A stretch of 40,220 nt of DNA, from assembly GCA_025774205.1 (NCBI GenBank), contig JALGWK010000002.1, positions 1 through 40,220 on the forward strand. The letters are read 5' to 3'. This document shows, piece after piece, positions 1 through 11,613 of the stretch. Positions within the stretch are counted from its first letter, which is position 1, and every line of letters starts with the position of its first letter. The DNA comes from a bacterium (lineage in GTDB: Bacteria > Blakebacterota > Blakebacteria > Blakebacterales > Blakebacteraceae). The notes beneath the pieces were generated by a model. That model searched no databases. It worked only from the letters and a program-made list of their open reading frames with translations, and was not told where the DNA came from. Made by a program: the position numbers and the translations under genes.

Positions 1-1705
1 GCGCGATGGCTTCCCTTCTCGGATCGGCACCCGCCATGTAGAGGACGCCAGCCGCCCCCGATCGAAGGATCACGATGCCCTGGGCCCCACCGAAAGCGGA
101 CTGTTGACCGGTCCAGAACAGCCTGAGACGGTGACCGCGTGATTCGAGCGCGCTGATGGTCTCGAGACCCACCCCATCCTCGAGACTCACATCCAGGCCG
201 TCGTAGGAGCGGAATCTGGGAGCCTCGATGGCCTGCTGGATGTTCATGTCGAAGATATGCCAGTTGTTGATGACCTGCATCAGCGTCTGCACCTGGCCAT
301 CGCCTCCGGGTGTGGCCAGGCCCAGCACCGGAGCGCCATCACGCATGATCAGAGTGGGGCAGAGGGTGTGGTAGGGACGGCGTCCGGCCTGAAGTTCATT
401 CGGATGGCCCGGCTCAAGAGAGAAGAGCGCTCCCCGATTCTGAAGGATGATCCCGGTGGAACCGGCCATCTCACCTGATCCGAAGGCGTTGAAAAGACTC
501 TGGATGAGAACCACCACGTTCCCCTGGATATCTGTCGCCGTGCAGACGACCGTGTCGTCATCGAACCTTCGTGCCTGGCCGGTTCTGACCTCAACGGCAG
601 CTCTCTGCGGGTCTATCCGTTCAGCCTGCGCGCCCGCGTAGATCTTGCTGATGAGTGAGTCGATCGGCGCCTCGTAGCCGGCGGGATCGGCCACGTGTTC
701 ATCACGGTCTGCAAAGGCGAGCTTCTTGGCCTCGATGAGGAGGTGGAGGTATTCAGGGCTGGTTGAGGTGAACCGATCGAAATCGAACTGCTCGAGCATG
801 TTCAGGCCCATCAGCAGGGCGATCCCCTGGGTGTTGGGGGGGAGAACGTGGACGTTGAGGCCGCGGTATGAGGTGACCAGCGGTTCCACCCAGTCAGCGG
901 TGTGGTTCGCCAGGTCTTCACGGGTGATCTGCCCGCCATTAGCCGCGAAATAATCTGCCAGGGTTCCGGCCAGTTCACCCTGATAGAACGCTGTGCCGTT
1001 CGACTCGGCGGTCAGTCGCAGACTCTCACCGAGGTTCGACTGGATGAGCATATCGCCGATCTCGGGAAGGGCACCATTCGGCATGAATACCCGGCTCAGT
1101 TCGCTCGACCGCGAGATAACCGAACTTGCAGACCGCAGATCATCCGCCAGTCTCGGGGTGACGGGGAAGCCGCCGAAGGCGATCAGGATCGCCGGCTGCA
1201 GGAGCGCGGAGAGTCGGCGGGAACCGAAGCGGGACGCGGCGGCTGCCCAGGCGCTCACCGTTCCGGGCACGGTGACGGCGTTCAGACCTCTTTCGGGCAT
1301 CTGCTGGAGACCGCGATTACGGAGGTCGTCGGCATCCACAAGGCTTCCGGCGCGCCCGGAACCATTGAGACCATGGACCTGCCCGTCAGCGGCACTGTAG
1401 ATGAGCATGAAGGTATCTCCGCCGATCCCGTTCATGTGGGGTCTGACGACTGCAAGCACACCTGCCATGGCCACGACCGCGTCGACCGCGTTACCGCCGT
1501 TCTTGAGGATGTCAAAACCTGCCTGGGCAGCGAGCGGATGTCCGGCCGTGACTGCTCCATGGTTGCCGAGGGCGGGCTGCCGCCATGATTCCTGCAGGGG
1601 CGCGGCCTGTGGATGTGAGGCAAACAAGCTGAATGTGATCGTCACCACAATCGCCAGGGAGAGGATGATCGTTCTCTTGATGCGGTCATTCATGCATATA
1701 TTCAT
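1..1705 (-). CDS. ggt: gamma-glutamyltransferase (near-complete; last few C-terminal residues lie beyond the window edge)
   Basis: Own translation of the minus strand in the frame with codon ends = 1 mod 3; it is open from 1705 to position 1 and absent from the ORF track because no stop lies in the window. Starts MNICMNDRIKRTIILSLAIVV (signal-like), then GNHGAVTAGHPLAAQAGFDILKNGGNAVDAVVAMAGVLAVVRPHMNGIGGDTFML. A putative nucleophile Thr context follows (DDDTVVCTATDIQGNVV), then FGSGEMAGSTGIILQNRG and a GADPRREAIA tail typical of GGT. Confidence 0.85.
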   Translation of the reverse strand, partial: MNICMNDRIKRTIILSLAIVVTITFSLFASHPQAAPLQESWRQPALGNHGAVTAGHPLAAQAGFDILKNGGNAVDAVVAMAGVLAVVRPHMNGIGGDTFMLIYSAADGQVHGLNGSGRAGSLVDADDLRNRGLQQMPERGLNAVTVPGTVSAWAAAASRFGSRRLSALLQPAILIAFGGFPVTPRLADDLRSASSVISRSSELSRVFMPNGALPEIGDMLIQSNLGESLRLTAESNGTAFYQGELAGTLADYFAANGGQITREDLANHTADWVEPLVTSYRGLNVHVLPPNTQGIALLMGLNMLEQFDFDRFTSTSPEYLHLLIEAKKLAFADRDEHVADPAGYEAPIDSLISKIYAGAQAERIDPQRAAVEVRTGQARRFDDDTVVCTATDIQGNVVVLIQSLFNAFGSGEMAGSTGIILQNRGALFSLEPGHPNELQAGRRPYHTLCPTLIMRDGAPVLGLATPGGDGQVQTLMQVINNWHIFDMNIQQAIEAPRFRSYDGLDVSLEDGVGLETISALESRGHRLRLFWTGQQSAFGGAQGIVILRSGAAGVLYMAGADPRREAIA

Positions 1706-1798
1706 GCGGTCATGGCTCCGAATGCTTGATCCCGGTCTTCAGGCACCAGGCGCAGTATATCATATCCTCAGGGTTGTCTCCTCACGAACATCAGGTAT

Positions 1799-2797
1799 TT
1801 ACGGAACGAGAACGGCGTCTCCCGAGATCGCGCTCGATTTCATCTTCCGCAGCGCCTCGTTCGCCTCTTCGAGGGGGAAGGGTGAGGTCTCGGTCCTGAT
1901 CGGGATCATCGCGGCGTACTCCAGCAGTTCCCGACCATCTTTCCTGGTGGCGTTTGCCACGCTCCTGATGACCTTTTCATCCCAGAGATGGGGCAGGTAC
2001 TCCATCTCGGGGATCGGTGTCATGAAGATGCCGCCCAGGACGAGGATGCCGCCGCGATCGAGCATCCTCAGGGCCGGCGGCACGAGCTGACCGGCCGGGG
2101 CGAACATGATCGCCGCATCGAGAGGGAAGGGGGGTTCTTCCGGCACCCTGCCCACCCAGACCGCTCCCAGTTCCTCCGCGTGACGCTGGTGATCGGGATC
2201 GCGGGTAAAGACAGCAACCTCGCAGCCCAGGTGTCGGGCGATCTGGATGGTCACGTGGGCCGAGTTGCCGAAACCGTACAAACCGATCCGCTTCCCCGCC
2301 CCGGGCTCCGTATGCCTGAGAGCGCGGTATCCCACGATCCCGCCGCAGAGGAGCGGGGTCGCCTCCACAGACCCGATTCCCTCAGGAATCGGATAGGTCC
2401 ACGCTTCCCCGACCACGATCGATTCGGCGTATCCTCCATCCACATCCCAACCGGTGAAACGACCCTCCCGGCAGAGGTTCTCACGCCCGCTTCGGCAGAA
2501 CCGGCAGGTTCCGCACGTCCCGTACAGCCAGGCGATACCGGCCCGGTCGCCGATCGTGAACCGGGTGACACCCGCGCCGAGCGCTTCGACCCTCCCGACC
2601 ACCTGGTGTCCGGGGATGATCGGTCGCTTCCGCAGTTCGAAATCACCCTCGATGGTATGCAGGTCGGTATGGCAGAGGCCGCACGCCTCGATCGTGATCC
2701 TGATCTCACCCTCGCCCGGGTCGGGGAGCTCGACCTCTTCCAGCCTGAGCGGTGCTGTCTCTACCGGAGCCTGCTCGTGCAGAACCATCGCGCGCAT
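1799..2797 (-). CDS. Zn-dependent alcohol dehydrogenase (MDR superfamily)
   Basis: ORF 1799..2851 contains GLCHTDLH, GHQVVGRVE and the structural-Zn Cys cluster CGTCRFCRSGRENLC. Start re-called to MRAMVLHE (ATG 2797), which is preceded by GAGGTG at about 6 nt. The upstream 18 codons of the track ORF look like read-through. Confidence 0.85.
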   Translation of the reverse strand: MRAMVLHEQAPVETAPLRLEEVELPDPGEGEIRITIEACGLCHTDLHTIEGDFELRKRPIIPGHQVVGRVEALGAGVTRFTIGDRAGIAWLYGTCGTCRFCRSGRENLCREGRFTGWDVDGGYAESIVVGEAWTYPIPEGIGSVEATPLLCGGIVGYRALRHTEPGAGKRIGLYGFGNSAHVTIQIARHLGCEVAVFTRDPDHQRHAEELGAVWVGRVPEEPPFPLDAAIMFAPAGQLVPPALRMLDRGGILVLGGIFMTPIPEMEYLPHLWDEKVIRSVANATRKDGRELLEYAAMIPIRTETSPFPLEEANEALRKMKSSAISGDAVLVP

Positions 2798-2877
2798 CAC
2801 GATCACCTCATAACCCCTCTTTGACTCCTCTTCCCTGCCTCTGTGACTCATCTTCAGTCTAATAAATATAGAGAGGT

Positions 2878-2906
2878 TTGAATACCGATCCGGATGTTTC
2901 TATAAT
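2878..2906 (+). promoter_or_regulatory. near-consensus sigma70-type promoter (TTGAAT-N17-TATAAT) for the 2970 lipoprotein gene
   Basis: TTGAAT at 2878-2883, an exact 17-nt spacer, TATAAT at 2901-2906, inside an AT-rich divergent intergenic region. A GAGGA RBS lies at 2960-2964, before ATG 2970. Confidence 0.5.
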
Positions 2907-2969
2907 CGATTCACCCCCCCCCTGGTGTATTCATCATCCCCCCGATGAGAAATACAACCGAGGATCATC

Positions 2970-4235
2970 ATGTCCCTTGCCCGTTCATCGCTGTCAGCTT
3001 CATGTGCCGCCCTCCTCCTGCTCCCCGCCTGCTCGACAGAGAATGTCTCAGGCGGACACCGGTTCTCGATCATCGAAGAGGCGGGGATCCCGACCGCGGT
3101 GACTGAAGGAGGACCGCGGTTCGAGGGAGAGCTGTTCCGATATGAGCACATCCTGACCCTTCAGGAAGATCCCGCAAATGTAGAGTCCCTCCTCTCCCGG
3201 CCAGTGGTCTTCAACCGGGATGAAGCGGGGCGGTACCATGTCCTCGATCCAACCCAGGGACGGATCGCAGTGTTCGATCCCGAGGGTCGGTACCTCCACA
3301 CCTATGGCCGGAAGGGTGATGGACCGGGAGAGTTCAGAAGTCCGGCCCTGCAGTATGTCAGGAAGGGTGTCGTCTCCATCTGGGATTACACCAACGCCCG
3401 CACGACCCGCTTCACCAGCGGCGGAGAGCTGATCGATACCGTCCGGAAACCGCTCGACTTCGAGTACAATCTGAGAGGTCTTTTCCATACCGGAACGGGT
3501 GGATTGGTGGGCATTCAGCCATTCGCGTTCGTTCCGGATTCAACCTGGGTGAAGTGCCGGATGTGGAATGGAGCTGGGGATATCCTGGCGACGATTGAGA
3601 CTCCCCTTCGTATTGAGAACGTGAGACGCTCGATTCCCGGGTCCGACCGAACCCGGCCGGTATACATTCCCTACGGCTGTGTCCCGTCTGCTGCCTATCA
3701 CTCTGACCTGGGTACACTGGTGAGCTCCGGACACGAACCGGTTCTCACCTGGTACGATGACCGGGGCGATCCAACGCGCCGGATACGGATACCGTGTCTC
3801 AATAACACTCTGACCGATGCGGACCGGGAGAGGTACGACCGTCTCTGGTCGGAGAGGCGTGAGCGGTTCCCTGAACGAGCCGGCGAAATCAGGGTTTACG
3901 GGGATCCGGCTCTCCTGCCCGACAGGAAAGCCTGCTGGACTTACATCCATATCGATGACGCCGGTTACCTGTGGCTGCGCACCTCCGATCCTATCTACTT
4001 CGATCTCCTGCTTCCCGAGGGGCAGACGTACCACCTGCTCGACCGTGAGGGGGGGTACCTTGGAATCACCCGTACTCCGCAGGTCATCAGCGAGATCTCC
4101 CAGCAGGTCTATCTCACGCCGGTCTCGGTCGCGGATGGATACTTCATGGGTATCTCACAGGATCCCGAGACCGGAGCGAATCTCATGAAGGTCTATCGTA
4201 TGGTGCCGGTGGCGGAAGGTTTCAGGTATCCCTGA
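2970..4235 (+). CDS. 6-bladed beta-propeller (NHL-like) lipoprotein, paralog 1
   Basis: Signal peptide with lipobox LLLLPAC|S. Motif GRKGDGPGEFRSP is shared with the ORFs at 13428 and 16232. The C-terminal VYRM..P tail resembles the VYRY tails of the paralogs. Confidence 0.7.
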   Translation: MSLARSSLSASCAALLLLPACSTENVSGGHRFSIIEEAGIPTAVTEGGPRFEGELFRYEHILTLQEDPANVESLLSRPVVFNRDEAGRYHVLDPTQGRIAVFDPEGRYLHTYGRKGDGPGEFRSPALQYVRKGVVSIWDYTNARTTRFTSGGELIDTVRKPLDFEYNLRGLFHTGTGGLVGIQPFAFVPDSTWVKCRMWNGAGDILATIETPLRIENVRRSIPGSDRTRPVYIPYGCVPSAAYHSDLGTLVSSGHEPVLTWYDDRGDPTRRIRIPCLNNTLTDADRERYDRLWSERRERFPERAGEIRVYGDPALLPDRKACWTYIHIDDAGYLWLRTSDPIYFDLLLPEGQTYHLLDREGGYLGITRTPQVISEISQQVYLTPVSVADGYFMGISQDPETGANLMKVYRMVPVAEGFRYP

Positions 4236-4331
4236 TCATCCAGGTGGCTGACCGACGAACCTACTGCTTGAGGCGCAGGCAGCGAGCAGGAGCAGCCCTG
4301 ATGTGATCAAGAGCAGGTTGACGTTCTTCAT
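4236..4331 (-). CDS. candidate 31-aa mini-lipoprotein (below the ORF-track size cutoff)
   Basis: Own translation: MKNVNLLLITSGLLLLAAC|ASSSRFVGQPPG*. It has a lipoprotein-type signal (K in the n-region, a hydrophobic core, lipobox LAAC). It starts 19 nt downstream of the kinase stop on the same strand. The RBS is weak (GAGA). Confidence 0.3.
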   Translation of the reverse strand: MKNVNLLLITSGLLLLAACASSSRFVGQPPG

Positions 4332-4349
4332 GATCTATCTCGTGGAATG

Positions 4350-6806
4350 CTATCGATAGTAGTCTGCAAGTTCTTCAGCGATCTTCCTGGTGGCGATCTG
4401 TAAAACAGCCTCAATCCCCTCAGCATCGGCAATGGCGGTATGCTCGATCCTTGATGAGGCGGGTTCCATTATCCGTATCTGAATTGAGTAGATCGTCCCC
4501 ACCCTGGTTATGCTTCCAGCTACCATTCTGGAGACTCCAAGTATCTGCCCGACCTGCACGACGCTTTCATCGGAATTAGCTGCCCCGGATGACTGAAACC
4601 CGATTTCGTTCAGAATCGACTCCATCTGATTCCGCTCGATTATTTCAAACGCGTCGTCCTGCCCCAGGTAATATCGTAACCGTTGAGTGATGGCCCTTGA
4701 TTCTGAGTCAGACACTCCAACGGGATCAAGATCTAGCACTCCAATGGATAGTGGCTGTGAGCTAAGAGATGTTGTTTCGATTCTCTGCCATGTTTCAGAT
4801 TTCAGAGTAGCATCGGTGAGATCTGAGGCTGTTTCCCGGGTTGCATCCGTTAATACTACTGATATCCCATCGACGTCTCTGAAAGCTTCTGAGACAACTC
4901 GAGCGGTGGCGATTTCAACTAGACGCACCTGAAGACTGTAAAGGCTCCCGATCTTAGAAATGCTCCCGCCTGCCATGTATTGAGCACCGAGGATTTGACC
5001 AGCTTGAACGAGTACCTCGTCGGTGTTGCATGCTCCCTCTATCTGGAATCCCAGTTCATGGAGTATCTCCTCCATTCGCGTGCGTTCGAGCACTTCGAAC
5101 AACTCCTGTCGATCAATCCATATGCGGAACCGTTCGGTAATTGCCTTTGCTTCACCCTCGTCCAGGTTGTTCGCTTCGAAATCAACAACGCCGATAAGTG
5201 TCCTTGCTGATGCTGGATTATGGTAAACAGCATAGCTGTTTTGACTTCGATCTCCGAATTCGTTGACCAGTGTTATGCGGATGTGATGACGGCCAGCGCC
5301 ACCAAGGGTAATCTGCTCCTCAATGACCTGATTCTGGTCAGAACCGGTCGGTCCGAAGACCTGGATAGAATCATCGACAGCAATGGTCAGTCTGGCGACG
5401 CGTCCCCGGGGCTCAATCTGGATCATGATCGGTACCGATGACGACGTGACATACGATTCCGGGATAGGTGAGACCACCTGGATAGTACCGGCTTCGTTTA
5501 CCGGGACAGGTTCCGCTGGAATGATTCCTGTACTGCTCCCCGAGATCAGCAGGGCCATGAGACTATCGTATTGGGCCTGCATCTGGATGAGTTCGGGTGA
5601 GAACTCATCACCTCCCGCCAGCTGTTGATCTCCTGTACTCCTTTCACTGGCCAGCAAGGTCTGGAGACTGTCGACCCTGTGGCTCAGACCGGACAATTCC
5701 CCGAGGTACGCCGCAATGGTCTGTAACGCCCTTTCATCCTTGGTTGCCAGCCGGTCTCCCTCCTGGCGAATTGAATCGAGTGCCGCGGCAACAGCGGGAT
5801 CGAGGTCGGGCAGGCTTCCATCCTGACTCCGGCCGGGACCGAATCCGAAATACCAGCTGGTGAACACCGCGAAGACCAGGGTGGCGCCAATCAGACCTCC
5901 CCGCCAATTACGACCCGCCGGCTTCCTCTCCCTGGGCGCTAAGGAGGCCCTGCGGGATGTGGATCCACGTGATCCGGGAGTGACAGAATCCATCTTCAGC
6001 CGTCCGATATCAGCGGCAATTTCATCGGCGTGCTGGCAGCGGAGGGAAGGATCCTTGGCCATGAGCTTGGAGATGATCTGGTCCAGGGCCGGGGAAATGT
6101 CCCGGCGATATCGATACACCGGATCAGGCTCATCGTTCAGGATGGAGAAGTAGATCGCGCCGGCATCGGGGCCCTGGAATGGCTGGTGACCTGTCAGTAG
6201 TTCATAGAAGGTGGCTCCAAGCGAGAAGAGATCTGAGCGGCGGTCAATCTCACGCCCTGTTATCTGCTCCGGGCTCATGTAATTGACGGTACCGAGCGTC
6301 GCCCCTGAGGCGGTCAGACGGGTCTCGCTCTCAAGATGCGCCAGGCCGAAGTCGGTGATCTTGAGATGTCCGGAACGGGTGATCATCAGGTTGTCAGGTT
6401 TGATATCCCGGTGGATGACGCCGTTCCGGTGGGCTTCCGCCAGACCGTCAGCAGCCTGGTTGATCCAGCCAAGGATATCTTCGAGCGGAAGGCATCGACC
6501 CTGGACATCATCCAGACGATCCCGCAGAGATCCGCCATCAATAAACTCCATTGCGATATAGAGGCGTCCGGCGTCCTCACCGATCTCATACACCTGGGCA
6601 ATGTTAGGATGTATCAGACGAGCCGCCGCCTTTGCTTCCTGGATGAACCGGGCCTTGTCCGCCTCGTTCTGGGTAGCATGGTAGGGAAGCAGTTTGAGGG
6701 CTGCGGGGCGATCGAGATTGATATCCTCGGCGAGCCAGACTTCTCCCATCCCGCCACCACCGAGTTTTTCCCGGATCGTGTAATGTCCCAGTGTCTGGCC
6801 TTCCAT
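4350..6806 (-). CDS. Hanks-type Ser/Thr protein kinase with one TM segment, an Ig-like region and two tandem CsgG/LpoB/TolB-N-like modules
   Basis: Kinase motifs are GGGGMGEVWLAED, AALK, HRDIKPDNLM, DFG and SPE. The TM segment is GLIGATLVFAVFTSWYFGF. Two ~115-aa internal repeats follow (VVDFEANNLDEGEAKAITERFR...GSLYSLQVRLVE and VLDLDPVGVSDSESRAITQRLR...GTIYSIQIRIME). Start re-called to MEGQTLGHY (ATG 6806), because the track start at 6878 sits inside the upstream terminator hairpin. Confidence 0.85.
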   Translation of the reverse strand: MEGQTLGHYTIREKLGGGGMGEVWLAEDINLDRPAALKLLPYHATQNEADKARFIQEAKAAARLIHPNIAQVYEIGEDAGRLYIAMEFIDGGSLRDRLDDVQGRCLPLEDILGWINQAADGLAEAHRNGVIHRDIKPDNLMITRSGHLKITDFGLAHLESETRLTASGATLGTVNYMSPEQITGREIDRRSDLFSLGATFYELLTGHQPFQGPDAGAIYFSILNDEPDPVYRYRRDISPALDQIISKLMAKDPSLRCQHADEIAADIGRLKMDSVTPGSRGSTSRRASLAPRERKPAGRNWRGGLIGATLVFAVFTSWYFGFGPGRSQDGSLPDLDPAVAAALDSIRQEGDRLATKDERALQTIAAYLGELSGLSHRVDSLQTLLASERSTGDQQLAGGDEFSPELIQMQAQYDSLMALLISGSSTGIIPAEPVPVNEAGTIQVVSPIPESYVTSSSVPIMIQIEPRGRVARLTIAVDDSIQVFGPTGSDQNQVIEEQITLGGAGRHHIRITLVNEFGDRSQNSYAVYHNPASARTLIGVVDFEANNLDEGEAKAITERFRIWIDRQELFEVLERTRMEEILHELGFQIEGACNTDEVLVQAGQILGAQYMAGGSISKIGSLYSLQVRLVEIATARVVSEAFRDVDGISVVLTDATRETASDLTDATLKSETWQRIETTSLSSQPLSIGVLDLDPVGVSDSESRAITQRLRYYLGQDDAFEIIERNQMESILNEIGFQSSGAANSDESVVQVGQILGVSRMVAGSITRVGTIYSIQIRIMEPASSRIEHTAIADAEGIEAVLQIATRKIAEELADYYR

Positions 6807-6854
6807 AATCTGGAGAGTGTAGCGGAGCAGGTTGCATAGAGGCAAAAGATTCCC

Positions 6855-6895
6855 CGAAAGAAAAAGGCCCCGACTCATATCAGAATCGGGGCCTT
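6855..6895 (-). terminator. rho-independent terminator after the DHOD-like gene
   Basis: A 10-bp perfect stem, AAGGCCCCGA (6864-6873) / TCGGGGCCTT (6886-6895), with a 12-nt loop. It is followed on the minus strand by TTTTTCTTTC. Confidence 0.65.
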
Positions 6896-6904
6896 CTACT
6901 GCTC

Positions 6905-7909
6905 TCAGGCAGGGCCTGAGAAGAGCCTTGCTACCAGGAGTGGAGGACCTTCATGTAGTTGGCCCGTTCCGGGATCGGCCACCGACTTCTGGCTCAGGCT
7001 CCCTTTCATCTGTTCGATCGACTCGTACTCCTTCTCCTCCATCCACTTCGTCAGGTCGGCCAGCATCGTCCCCAGCCAGGGGATGCCGTTCTTCAGCAGG
7101 CAGGCGGTGACCTGGGTGATATCGGCCCCGGCCATCACCATCTTGAGGACGTCTTCGTGGGTGTGGATACCCTGCGAAGCGGCGAGGCTGGCGTCGATGT
7201 GGCCGAAGAGGACGGCGATCCAGCGCAGGCTCGTGCGGTTCGCGAAGGGGGTGCTCATCACCAGATTGGGGACGACCTCGAGGTTCTCCAGGTCGATGTC
7301 GGGCTGGTAGAACCGGTTGAAGAGGACCACTCCGTCAGCGCCATCGTCGTCGAGCTGTTTGACCATGTTGGCCAGGGCGCTGAAGTAGGGGCTGATCTTC
7401 ACCGCGATCGGCGCCTTGATGGCCAGTTTCGTCTCGAGCAGGATGCTCGAGTAGAGCTTTTCGACCGCGCCGCTGGTCATATTCGTGTCGGTGGGGAGGA
7501 AGTAGATATTCAGCTCGAGGGCGTCGGCCCCGGCTTCGATCATCAGGCATGAGTAATCGACCCACCCGCCGGTGGTGATCCCGTTCAGACTCGCGATCAC
7601 CGGGATGTCGACTGCTTCCTTCACCTTCCGGATGTGCTCCAGGTACGATTCCGGTCCGATGAAACCCTCGTCGAAATTTGGGAAGTAGGTCAGGGCCTCC
7701 GAGAACGATTCGGTCCCTTCGGTCATGCGCCGGGAGTACTCCTCGCTCTCGTGCATGATCTGTTCCTGGAAGAGAGAAGGCAGAACGAGCGCAGCCGCGC
7801 CGACGTCCTCCAGCTGCTTGCAGCTGTCAACATCACCCGTGAGGGGCGACGCGCCGGGAACGAGTGGGCTGCTCAGGTCCAGTCCCATGTAGGAGGTCTT
7901 CAGATCCAT
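6905..7909 (-). CDS. dihydroorotate dehydrogenase-like (class-1 DHOD fold) protein; the C-terminus appears frameshifted
   Basis: MDLKTSYMGLDLSSPLVPGASPLTGD... has a TIM-barrel DHOD-like sequence and sits directly downstream of PFOR. After ...SQKSVADP the listed frame gives GTGQLHEGPPLLVARLFSGPA. The neighbouring frame gives ERANYMKVLHSW* (stop at 6931-6933), which is the ending I recall for this family. Confidence 0.8.
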   Translation of the reverse strand: MDLKTSYMGLDLSSPLVPGASPLTGDVDSCKQLEDVGAAALVLPSLFQEQIMHESEEYSRRMTEGTESFSEALTYFPNFDEGFIGPESYLEHIRKVKEAVDIPVIASLNGITTGGWVDYSCLMIEAGADALELNIYFLPTDTNMTSGAVEKLYSSILLETKLAIKAPIAVKISPYFSALANMVKQLDDDGADGVVLFNRFYQPDIDLENLEVVPNLVMSTPFANRTSLRWIAVLFGHIDASLAASQGIHTHEDVLKMVMAGADITQVTACLLKNGIPWLGTMLADLTKWMEEKEYESIEQMKGSLSQKSVADPGTGQLHEGPPLLVARLFSGPA

Positions 7910-7959
7910 CTTGGTTCTCCCTTACATTTGCAGTCGGGAATCAGCGGCTCTCGGCTGAT

Positions 7960-11538
<3,579 letters not shown>

Positions 11539-11613
11539 TGCGGGTCCTCCGAGGAAGTATTAAGGAGTGGGCCCTCTGAAAATGGTGAATCAGCGGGGCT
11601 CAGACAAGATACT

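Noticed and set aside
902-2090. Plus-strand ORFs of 228, 135 and 229 aa at the left end
   Set aside because: They overlap the minus-strand GGT gene, which I translated directly and which carries family motifs. These ORFs are low-complexity shadows.
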